A stretch of 64,000 nt of DNA, taken from a bacterium. GTDB taxonomy: Bacteria; Patescibacteriota; Minisyncoccia; Phycocordibacterales; CAIZLB01. A program made the position numbers and the translations under genes. The stretch spans positions 7,175-71,174 of the forward strand of contig JANOAN010000009.1 in the NCBI GenBank assembly GCA_031411135.1, written 5' to 3'. Positions 41,433 through 50,075 of the stretch are shown one piece after another. The notes below the pieces were generated by a model. It saw nothing but the letters and a program-made list of their open reading frames with translations. It had not been told where the DNA came from and made no database searches. Position 1 is the stretch's first letter; the number at the start of each line of letters is the position of its first letter.

Positions 41433-42474
41433 CTTCGTTGTCAATTAATATATCACGATAAGTGTCTAAGTCCTCAAGTACAATACCCGCCCCTCGGGCC
41501 ACTGCCGTTAAAGGATCATTCGAAACATAAACAGGAATCCCTACATGCTCTGCTAAAACCTGAGCAATTCCCTTAATAAGGGCACCACCACCTGTTAGGT
41601 GAATTCCGTTATGCATGACGTCGGAGAGAATTTCAGGAGGAGTGGTTTCAATTACTTCTTTTACAGCATCAAGGAAAGTGTCAATTGATGCGCCGATTGC
41701 TTCGCGAATATCCGCGTCCGTTATAACCACTTCGCGGGGAAGTCCTGTCACCAAGTCGCGACCTCGAATAGCTGCTTCGAGGGGAGGGTTCATTGGAATA
41801 ACTGATGCAATAGCCATCTTGACGCTCTCGGCTGTTTTTTCACCGATTAAAATTTTAAATTCATTTCGGATGTATGAAATAATGTCAGTGTTGAATTTGT
41901 CGCCGGCAACTTTCAAATTTTTTGCTCGCACAATTCCACCAAGTGAAATTACAGCAATATCAGTTGTTCCACCACCAATATCAATAACCATACTTCCTGT
42001 CGCATCTTTTACTGGAAGTCTGATACCGATCGCTGCTGCCATTGGCTCTTCTATTATATGCACCTCTCGCGCGCCGGCATTTTTCGCAGCATCTCGGACG
42101 GCGCGCCTTTCAACATTCGTTACTCCGTACGGCACTCCAATAACAACTCGAGGACCTAACATTTTTTTAGACAAACCTTCGGCCTTTCTAATCAAATATG
42201 CGAGCATCTCCTCTGTGATTTCAAAGTCAGAGATGACGCCGTCAACCAATGGTCGAACCGCCACGATGTGTGCCGGCGTTCTACCCAACATCGCCTTAGC
42301 CTGCTCACCCACCGCTACCACACGCCCAGTCTTTTGGTTCACCGCCACCACAGATGGCTCGTTGATGACCACACCTCTTCCAGACACATAAACAAGGGTA
42401 TTTGCAGTACCCAAATCAATACCGATTTCATTAGATAGACTGCGATTTATGCGCTCGCGAAGCTTTTTAAACAT
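41410..42474 (-). CDS. mreB: Rod shape-determining protein MreB
   Basis: GIDLGTANT, EPSVVA, EEPMAAAIG, DIGGGTTD. Confidence 0.96.
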   Translation of the reverse strand: MFKKLRERINRSLSNEIGIDLGTANTLVYVSGRGVVINEPSVVAVNQKTGRVVAVGEQAKAMLGRTPAHIVAVRPLVDGVISDFEITEEMLAYLIRKAEGLSKKMLGPRVVIGVPYGVTNVERRAVRDAAKNAGAREVHIIEEPMAAAIGIRLPVKDATGSMVIDIGGGTTDIAVISLGGIVRAKNLKVAGDKFNTDIISYIRNEFKILIGEKTAESVKMAIASVIPMNPPLEAAIRGRDLVTGLPREVVITDADIREAIGASIDTFLDAVKEVIETTPPEILSDVMHNGIHLTGGGALIKGIAQVLAEHVGIPVYVSNDPLTAVARGAGIVLEDLDTYRDILIDNEDELPPNR

Positions 42475-43726
42475 TATGCTTACCAATATAAGCCATTAAT
42501 TGATCTTTATCAAATAGCTCATCTTTTGAAGCAATTCTGTCCTTAAATTCGTATTTTCCTTCAGCAATTGACTTTTCACCAATAGTGATTCTAAGTGGAA
42601 TTCCAATTAAGTCAGCGTCACCGAATTTCTCTCCGGCTCGAGCATCTCTATCATCCAAAAGAACTTCAATTCCCCTTTCTATTAATTCCTTATACAGTTT
42701 TTCTGCAGCTTCGATAACAACACCTTCAGTTTTCATCGCGATGATGTGAACTGCGAATGGTGAAACTTCGGCTGGCCACACAATTCCCTTATCATCACCC
42801 AAAGCTTCAACAATAGATCCCATTAAACGTGGTACTCCGATTCCGTAACAACCCATAATTGGAAAATGACTTGTACCTTCTGCGTCTTTATATTTCAAAT
42901 CTATTGCTTCAGAAAATCTTGTACCCAGACCAAAAATATTAGCAATTTCAATTGATTTTGCTTCAGTTAATTGTTCATCTGTAAATCCTCCATCTTTCAA
43001 ACCTTCACTATTACAAATTTCTTTATTTATTGCGATTTTTTTATCAGCATTGTAGTAAATAATATCCTCACCTGCATCAGTTAACATTTGAAATTCATGA
43101 GAGTATTTTGAAAAACTTCCTCCTGAGGCAAAAGTTATATAAGTTCTATCTCCAATACCTGCTCTTCTGAATATATTTGTGTAAGCAATTTTTGCTTTCT
43201 CATAAAAATCATCATGCTCTTTTTCGTTTTTACTGAAAGAGTACATATCCTTCATCAAAAATTCTCGTCCACGTAGAATTCCGCTTTTTGCACGCATTTC
43301 ATTTCTGAATTTTGTTTGAAATTGGTATGGATAAATTGGAAGATCTCTGAAAGAGCGAAGATGATCCCTCAAAAGATCTGTAAGTGGTTCTTCATGACTA
43401 AAGCCTAACCCCATCACATTTCCATTTTTCAAAGTAGTCTTAAACCAATTATCCACCACCGCATCATCCCATCGATTAGTTTTTTCCCACAATGATTTTT
43501 CCTGCAAAGCTGCAAGTCGAAGTTCCTGTCCTCCGATTGCATTCATCTCTTCGCGAATAATATTTTCAATTTTATTTAAAACTCTAAGTCCAAGTGGTAA
43601 GAATGAATAAACCCCTGCAGTCATTTTCTGGATAAATCCTGCACGGATTAACAACTGACTATTTTTAGCTACTTCATCAGACGGTGCTTCCCTACGTGTT
43701 TTGGTAAAAAGTTGTGATTGTCGCAT
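42467..43726 (-). CDS. proS: Proline--tRNA ligase (short form)
   Basis: MRQSQLF, QTKFRNEMR, RGREFLMKDMYSF, MGCYGIG, DADLIGIP. Confidence 0.95.
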   Translation of the reverse strand: MRQSQLFTKTRREAPSDEVAKNSQLLIRAGFIQKMTAGVYSFLPLGLRVLNKIENIIREEMNAIGGQELRLAALQEKSLWEKTNRWDDAVVDNWFKTTLKNGNVMGLGFSHEEPLTDLLRDHLRSFRDLPIYPYQFQTKFRNEMRAKSGILRGREFLMKDMYSFSKNEKEHDDFYEKAKIAYTNIFRRAGIGDRTYITFASGGSFSKYSHEFQMLTDAGEDIIYYNADKKIAINKEICNSEGLKDGGFTDEQLTEAKSIEIANIFGLGTRFSEAIDLKYKDAEGTSHFPIMGCYGIGVPRLMGSIVEALGDDKGIVWPAEVSPFAVHIIAMKTEGVVIEAAEKLYKELIERGIEVLLDDRDARAGEKFGDADLIGIPLRITIGEKSIAEGKYEFKDRIASKDELFDKDQLMAYIGKHNV

Positions 43727-44132
43727 GGTGGTTATTCTAGCATGATATTTTAAAGTTTTGGAAGTAGTTTGACTTAATGCGAATAGAGTTGTATTATTTA
43801 AGTAGATTACGGAAGTCACTATCGTCCCTAAAGCAGTCACGAGCTTTTGTAAGCACACCAACCACCCAAATCACAATGCCCATCACATTTTGGATTCAGT
43901 ATGTTCCAGCAGCAATTGGAACACTGCTAGTCTTGGCGATGATGCCATACGGCAAGCATTAAAAAGACTGGCGTCTTTTAAAAAATCACAAACCTCCCCC
44001 CCATCCGGGGGCACCATGGGCCAGCAATCAACCGCTGGCCTTTTACATTTCTACAAAGTAGTGGTATTCTTACATTCGGAGAAATCAAATCGATTTCAGT
44101 GGAAGGAAAAAAACCCCAACCCCTCGACCACA

Positions 44133-44324
44133 ATGAACAACGACCCTGACTACCCAGACCTCGTAGATCGCGGACTTACCAAAGCTGAGCAAAAAGAACT
44201 CAAAGATGGTGAACCATTATGGTGCAAATTACTCGTTTCTCTAGCTCTGGGAGGAATCATCACCATTTTTGGAATTGGATTTGGCTTCTGGCAACTGGCC
44301 CGTTGGCTCAGTCTCAAGCACTAA
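44133..44324 (+). CDS. Small orphan membrane protein
   Basis: MNNDPDYPDL..., C-terminal TM; promoter TTTACA..TATTCT; terminator 44337-44366. Confidence 0.55.
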   Translation: MNNDPDYPDLVDRGLTKAEQKELKDGEPLWCKLLVSLALGGIITIFGIGFGFWQLARWLSLKH

Positions 44325-44367
44325 CCTGCTTACACCCCCCCACCGCAATCTGGCGGTGGGTTTTCAT

Positions 44368-45474
44368 TTACTTAAACAATCCAACAACATCCTGAAACGT
44401 AACAAAAACCATTAACAACAACAGAAGAATAAAACTTCCTGCATTCAGCGCCTGCAAAACTTTCTGATTAAATGGCTTCCTTCTGATCGCTTCCAAAATT
44501 ACAACAACCAGTCGCCCTCCATCAAGCGCAGGAATTGGTAGTAAGTTTAATACAGCAAGATTCAAAGAAATAAACGCTGCAAAGTTTGCAAGATAGACCC
44601 AACCCAATCGTGCCGCCTGACCAACGTGTGTAGCAATTCCAACCGGACCAGAAACTTCACTTGATTTTGCCTCGCCTTTAAAAATTCTAACTAAGAAATC
44701 AAAAGTACTAACGACTATTTCTTTTGTTATGTAAACAGTCTGCTGGTACCCTGCAACTATCGCCGCGCCAAGCGGCAACTTCACTGTCGCAACATCAGCC
44801 ATCATAATTCCAAGCCCCTTCTTACCTGCCTGCACCCCGTTAATTCCGTCTTTTGGAGTAGTTATAAAAGTCTGCACATCACCGTTTCTACTAACCACGA
44901 CACCTAAAGTGCTAGTACTTAAAATAATTTGTTCTCGGATCTCGGCTGTTTTTAAAGTTGAAGTGCTGATAACTGTAGAGGATGATGCAACCCCACTTTG
45001 AAGTCCAACTATTTCATCACCTGCTTTTAATCCTGCAAGTTCCGCTGGGCTTCCCTTTGATACACCTGTTATAAGAACACTCGGATTACTCGAATATTCA
45101 GCAGGAAAATCCTCAACTGGAGCTTTGGCGCCTGCCATTAATGTCGAAGTGAAGAGTACCCATGCTAAGAGCGCATTGAAAACTACACCTGCAATCAAGA
45201 CCAGGGCTTGCTGCCAACGGGGCTTGGCTAAAATATTATCCGGAGACAAAACATCCTCCGATCCTTCACCATAAATTTTTACATATCCTCCAAGTGGAAT
45301 TAAATTAATAGAATATCTCGTTCCACCTTTTTTAAATGAAAACAATCTTGGTGGAAAACCAATTGCAAATTCGTCCACGCGAACTTTGAAAAGTCTAGCA
45401 ATTAAAAAGTGCCCCAACTCGTGAATAAACACCAGGACCGAAAGAACTATTAAAAAAATTATAGCTGTCTGCAT
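44368..45474 (-). CDS. rseP: Site-2 intramembrane metalloprotease with PDZ
   Basis: HELGH, IPLGGYV, SGPVGI, NLLPIPALDGG. Confidence 0.95.
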   Translation of the reverse strand: MQTAIIFLIVLSVLVFIHELGHFLIARLFKVRVDEFAIGFPPRLFSFKKGGTRYSINLIPLGGYVKIYGEGSEDVLSPDNILAKPRWQQALVLIAGVVFNALLAWVLFTSTLMAGAKAPVEDFPAEYSSNPSVLITGVSKGSPAELAGLKAGDEIVGLQSGVASSSTVISTSTLKTAEIREQIILSTSTLGVVVSRNGDVQTFITTPKDGINGVQAGKKGLGIMMADVATVKLPLGAAIVAGYQQTVYITKEIVVSTFDFLVRIFKGEAKSSEVSGPVGIATHVGQAARLGWVYLANFAAFISLNLAVLNLLPIPALDGGRLVVVILEAIRRKPFNQKVLQALNAGSFILLLLLMVFVTFQDVVGLFK

Positions 45475-46025
45475 TAGTTAGAAATCTCTGTCTCTTTTTT
45501 AGCGAATAATTCATCCAGCTTCTTGTTTGCTTCTGTGACGAATTTTTCCATTTGATCCTTGTAGCGCATCATTTCGTCCTCACCTAATTCTCCTGATTTC
45601 TTCTTTGACTGTAAGTCATCGTGGACTTCGTTTCTTTCTCTGCGAATGGCAATCTTGGCTTCTTCTAATTTTTGCTTTGCAATCTTGATCAACTGTTCTC
45701 GTCTTTCACCTGTTAAGTCTGGAAAAATGACTCGAATACCCTTGTCGTCAACCACAGCAGAGACACCGAGGTTTGCTGCAACGATGGCTTTTTCAATTTC
45801 TTTGATTTGTGAAGAATCCCAAGGTGTAATTCGCAAAGTACGAGGATCTTCGTTTGTAACAGACCCTACAGCGTTTAATGGTGACATTGATCCATATGAA
45901 TCAACTCGGACAGAATCGAGTAGTGCGGCGCTCGCGCGTCCTGTTCGAATGGTCGAAAATTCACGAACTAACCAATCATTTGTTTCTTTAATTTTTGTTT
46001 GGAATGTGTTGAAGTTATATGGCAT
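45474..46025 (-). CDS. frr: Ribosome recycling factor
   Basis: IRTGRAS, PDLTGERR, KETEI. Confidence 0.96.
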   Translation of the reverse strand: MPYNFNTFQTKIKETNDWLVREFSTIRTGRASAALLDSVRVDSYGSMSPLNAVGSVTNEDPRTLRITPWDSSQIKEIEKAIVAANLGVSAVVDDKGIRVIFPDLTGERREQLIKIAKQKLEEAKIAIRRERNEVHDDLQSKKKSGELGEDEMMRYKDQMEKFVTEANKKLDELFAKKETEISN

Positions 46026-46035
46026 ATTGGCATTA

Positions 46036-46707
46036 TTATACAGCTAAAGCCAAATATTCCAAACACAGCTTCATAGACGAAGCACTGTCTCTCATAAAAT
46101 GTTCAACGGCTATAATTGCTTTTAAACTCTCCTTTTTAGGTTTTTTATGAAGTTTGTGCCAACCAGCAATGACTTCTGTAATAAACTCACACACTTCTCC
46201 ACGTGTTACTTTTTCTTTTTCCAAGAAGACTACAACCTCTTTGATAATTTCCATTCTTGTCGCGACAGTTTGTTTTAAAAAGTTTTCGGGGTTAAGCGCC
46301 AGATTTGATGAATGTTCAATTTTTAAATCTAATTCGATCTCTCTGAATCGTGATAACAAAGTTGGTATAATTTGCGATTTCGACGGAATGAGAAAAAAGA
46401 AGATAGTATTTAGAGATGGTTCCTCGATAATTTTTAATAAGGCATTTTGTGCAGGAATAGTAATAGACTGAGTTGAAATGATCATGACTTTGTTTTTTCC
46501 TAATGCTCTTCTTGAATTAAAATCTGATATTAAATTAATATCATCTACTCCAATTGAAACACTTTCGAAAACAATTAAATCTGTGTGGCGAAATGAATGT
46601 TCTACGATATTATTTTTTAAAATGTCTTTTGTTAAGTGGGTAATAATTGAGGAAAAAGAAGAGACTGGGGTAAAGATAATTGAGGCGTGGTGGAGGTTTT
46701 CTAGCAT
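46036..46707 (-). CDS. holB: DNA polymerase III delta-prime-like subunit
   Basis: AQNALLKIIEEP, IPTLLSR. Confidence 0.8.
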   Translation of the reverse strand: MLENLHHASIIFTPVSSFSSIITHLTKDILKNNIVEHSFRHTDLIVFESVSIGVDDINLISDFNSRRALGKNKVMIISTQSITIPAQNALLKIIEEPSLNTIFFFLIPSKSQIIPTLLSRFREIELDLKIEHSSNLALNPENFLKQTVATRMEIIKEVVVFLEKEKVTRGEVCEFITEVIAGWHKLHKKPKKESLKAIIAVEHFMRDSASSMKLCLEYLALAV

Positions 46708-46782
46708 GGGTATATATTAGCATAACCATAAAAAGAGCCCCGCTGCGGCTTGAACGCATGTCGGGGTCTTGTGAGTGTGGAG

Positions 46783-47139
46783 TCATGCCGCTTTTTCGAG
46801 CGACCATTTGAATATGGTAAACAAGTACGGCGCCATGCTGAAAGCTCTAGTTTGAAAGCGAATTCCGCTTCTGTGGAGGTTTCTTATTGCCAGATTTAAC
46901 TCCACTTCTGCTCCCATACGGATTTGATTTCCTTCTTCTCCGTACGAATGCTCCGCCAAGCATACCCGCGGGAGTCTGTCATCTGCATCTGAAACTTCAC
47001 CAACGAGCTTATATGGAACTTCATCTAGCAGGAAGTACAATTCCATTTTATCTTTACACTCCTCTGGGTGCAAATGAAACCAATGCACAACCTCGAGTGT
47101 TTTTCGTAGATCGTGTGGAAACTGAATTTCTGGTGACAT
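46783..47139 (-). CDS. Orphan hypothetical protein
   Basis: 118 aa, structured leader, terminator ~46730-46772. Confidence 0.55.
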   Translation of the reverse strand: MSPEIQFPHDLRKTLEVVHWFHLHPEECKDKMELYFLLDEVPYKLVGEVSDADDRLPRVCLAEHSYGEEGNQIRMGAEVELNLAIRNLHRSGIRFQTRAFSMAPYLFTIFKWSLEKAA

Positions 47140-47247
47140 TGTAACTATTTTAGGTGCATTTAAACACCATGGTCTCTCCTTAAGACCGGTTTGATTTTTA
47201 TGGGTGAATGTACTCGGGAGTACTAAAGTTAATTTATATCAAAATAC

Positions 47248-48261
47248 CTACCTCTTCGCAATAATCGTCTTCTTATATGTATCCAAATGTTCCAGTGCAA
47301 TTCCAGTCCCTTTAGCAACACAGTATAAAGCATCTTCAGCAAGCATCGCCTTTACACCAGTTCTTCTAAAAACCAATTCAGGTAAATTTCTTAACATCGA
47401 CGAACCACCAGTCATCATGATTCCATTATCAATAATGTCCGACGCCAATTCAGGAGGAGTTTCTTGGAGCACATCTTTTACAGCCTTAATCATTTCACGT
47501 AATTCTTTTGCAATGGCTTTTACAATTTCATTTGTCTTTATTTCAACTGAACGTGGAAGTCCTGTTAAATAATCTCTGCCTTTCACTGACATCGAAAGTT
47601 CTTCTTCAACAGGAATTGCAGAACCAATATTTATTTTAATATCTTCGGACATTTTGTCACCAATTGCCAAGTTATAAGTTTTCTTTACATAATCAACAAT
47701 CGCGGCATCAATTCTGTTTCCTGCGCACTTTACCGAAGTACACGAAACGATTCCACCAAGCGAGATCACGGCTACGTCTGTAGTTCCTCCTCCAATATCA
47801 GCCACCATGTGTCCACGCGCTTCTTGAATAGAAATCCCTGCACCAATCGCAGCGAGAATAGGTTCTTTTACTACATACGCATTTTTAGCCCCCGCCTTGA
47901 TCGCCGCTTCAATCACGGCACGACGTTCAGTTGAAGTCACACCAGCTGGAACTGAAATTAAAATTTCAGGTTTTAAAATATTCCATTTACCCAAAGCTTT
48001 ATTAATATAGTATCGAAGCATGGCTTCAGTTACACGGTAGTCCGCGATCACACCATCCTTCATTGGGCGATAGGCAATAATAGTGTCAGGAGTTCTTCCA
48101 ATCATCTCTTTTGCATCAAGTCCAACCGCTAAAATTTTATTGTCCTGTTCAGAGATTGCGACAACAGAAGGTTCATTTAGTACAATTCCCTTTCCAGGAA
48201 GGAAAACAAGGGTGTTTGCTGTTCCTAAGTCTATTCCAAGCTTGCGAGAGAAAAATGCCAT
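47248..48261 (-). CDS. mreB: Second MreB/Mbl paralog
   Basis: GIDLGTANT, EPILAAIG, DIGGGTTD, TGGSS. Confidence 0.95.
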   Translation of the reverse strand: MAFFSRKLGIDLGTANTLVFLPGKGIVLNEPSVVAISEQDNKILAVGLDAKEMIGRTPDTIIAYRPMKDGVIADYRVTEAMLRYYINKALGKWNILKPEILISVPAGVTSTERRAVIEAAIKAGAKNAYVVKEPILAAIGAGISIQEARGHMVADIGGGTTDVAVISLGGIVSCTSVKCAGNRIDAAIVDYVKKTYNLAIGDKMSEDIKINIGSAIPVEEELSMSVKGRDYLTGLPRSVEIKTNEIVKAIAKELREMIKAVKDVLQETPPELASDIIDNGIMMTGGSSMLRNLPELVFRRTGVKAMLAEDALYCVAKGTGIALEHLDTYKKTIIAKR

Positions 48262-48359
48262 GCCTGTATATTACGGGTAATTGGAGGATTTGCAAAGTAG
48301 AAATATTGAAACACATTTTTAGGGTTGAAATCAAGTTTGTCGTATTGTATACTTTTAAC

Positions 48360-48426
48360 ACTTTGGTCTTTTACCGGAAGGTATCTGGCTCCGAGATTGC
48401 CACCCTGCAGGGTGGCTTTCGTTTTT
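48360..48426 (+). ncRNA. Candidate ~67-nt structured sRNA convergent with pemK/mazF
   Basis: TTGAAA(48325)-17-TATACT(48348); G-U-containing stems; GCCACCC-TGCA-GGGTGGC-T-tract terminator. Confidence 0.5.
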
Positions 48427-48811
48427 ACAGATAGTCCCTAAGGCGGTCAAGTACTAGGCTATGTTCAAAATCATCAATAATCCGAATTTTACGATTAAGC
48501 CTTGAGCTATCCAAAAGCTTTATTTGACTAATGATGGCCGAGGTGCCAGTAGAACTTAGAGGAACATACCAGCTTCCTTCTTTTCTTTTAGAAGTAAGTG
48601 GGATAGCTAAAAAAGTCGTAGGAGAAACTTTTTTTAGGATCAGAACCGGCCTTTCAAAAAATTCATTCTTTCCATCCTGTTCACTGCCAATATTTGCACC
48701 AATTGAACAAAACCATATTTCTTTTTCTCTCCAGAAAATACCTGTGGGTCTTTCTGTTTTTTCGTGTATTTTTTTCTTGAGTTCAGTCCACCTATTGAAA
48801 TCTTTGTTCAT
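48425..48811 (-). CDS. PemK/MazF-family toxin without adjacent protein antitoxin
   Basis: EIWFCSIGANIGSEQDGK..FERPVLIL, IPLTS, SQIKLLDSSRL. Confidence 0.88.
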   Translation of the reverse strand: MNKDFNRWTELKKKIHEKTERPTGIFWREKEIWFCSIGANIGSEQDGKNEFFERPVLILKKVSPTTFLAIPLTSKRKEGSWYVPLSSTGTSAIISQIKLLDSSRLNRKIRIIDDFEHSLVLDRLRDYL

Positions 48812-48896
48812 ATTCTCTAGGATAAATAAATGGAAGCTAATATTTATTAATTTATTATTAAATTGAATTTATCCATAGTGATATACTAAATAAAAA

Positions 48897-49358
48897 ATGT
48901 CAGTGCATAAAAACTTCACCCACACTTCAGACTTCATAATATATACCCTCTTACTATTAAGTGTGTTCTTAGAATGGCTTTTTCCTACTGATCTTGGAAT
49001 AAACAGATTTGTCTCCGTGACATTAGGGGTATTTATGCTTTTAAGTTCATGGCTACTAATTTTTATTGCAAAATATCAGTTTAAAATGCACGGACAAAAA
49101 AGTGGACCAGGAAATCAAACGACCTCACTTATTCAGAGCGGACTTTTCAAATACAGTCGAAATCCAATTTATCTTGGAGTGATTTTTATCATTCCAGCTA
49201 TTGGATTAATTATAAGCAGTATATGGCTAATCTTAACAATCATTCCCTGCTTTTGTATGCTTAAAAAAATCTTGATTGAACCTGAGGAAAAGTATCTTTT
49301 GGGTAAGTTTAGTGGTGAATATGTAGATTATTGTAAGAAAGTTGGACGGTGGTTTTAA
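48897..49358 (+). CDS. Isoprenylcysteine carboxyl methyltransferase (ICMT/PEMT) family membrane protein
   Basis: GLFKYSRNPIYLG, EEKYL..KF..EY..YC..V.RW. Confidence 0.9.
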   Translation: MSVHKNFTHTSDFIIYTLLLLSVFLEWLFPTDLGINRFVSVTLGVFMLLSSWLLIFIAKYQFKMHGQKSGPGNQTTSLIQSGLFKYSRNPIYLGVIFIIPAIGLIISSIWLILTIIPCFCMLKKILIEPEEKYLLGKFSGEYVDYCKKVGRWF

Positions 49359-49398
49359 TTGGTATGCACAAATGCAAAAAAGCTGGTAATATCAAAAT

Positions 49399-50031
49399 AT
49401 GAAGCCCGAATCCCAACCAAAAATGGAAGCTGAGAAAAGTGGAAAATTTTTAGAATTGTATAAGCTGGAAAGAGCAGAAATGGAAAAACTTCAAGAAAGA
49501 ATCCGCGAAAGCGACGGATTTATAAGAGTTTTTATGCACGTACTCAGTTATATAGACCCCGCCAATTTGCAACACCCGAATGAAATGAAAACTCTTTTGG
49601 TTGCTGGAGGAGTAATGCGATCAGAAAATCAACAACCAATATTCCTTTTTGAAAATGAATTTAGAGTACAAGAAGTTATAAATCTTTTAAATCAGCAAGG
49701 GGGACTACTTAAAGATACTTACATTATTCCAACTTTAAATGGTTGGGGTTATCCTGTCATACCAAACAATTTAGAAAATAGAGATGCTAACGAATATAAG
49801 CAAAAAGCTGGAATATTCTTTGCAAAACTTTTGACAGATTTAGGAGTCACAAAAATTATGGCTGGTGGAAAAGAACTTGAGGTAAAAGATGAACAGCTTG
49901 AGAATTGTCTTGGAAACTTTATACGATTTATACAAAACTATAGTGAAATTGAAGTTAAGCTGTCATTAGGGTCATCTCCGCTTAATCGGAACTCTGAAGA
50001 AATAAGAGATGGTCACCCTGAATTGTTATAA
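49399..50031 (+). CDS. Hypothetical protein
   Basis: 210-aa ORF with -10-like hexamer just before ATG. Confidence 0.65.
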   Translation: MKPESQPKMEAEKSGKFLELYKLERAEMEKLQERIRESDGFIRVFMHVLSYIDPANLQHPNEMKTLLVAGGVMRSENQQPIFLFENEFRVQEVINLLNQQGGLLKDTYIIPTLNGWGYPVIPNNLENRDANEYKQKAGIFFAKLLTDLGVTKIMAGGKELEVKDEQLENCLGNFIRFIQNYSEIEVKLSLGSSPLNRNSEEIRDGHPELL

Positions 50032-50075
50032 TAAGTACACCTTGATTTTTCCCCCATATACTGCAATATATAGAT

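Noticed and set aside
41615-42391. 258-aa plus-strand ORF, and similar antisense ORFs over dnaK, ftsI, scpA, frr and the helicase
   Set aside because: Antisense shadows of well-conserved genes with no motifs of their own.
41410-48261. Two mreB paralogs and class I LysRS as novelties
   Set aside because: Both are commonplace in CPR-type genomes; useful for taxonomy, not novel.
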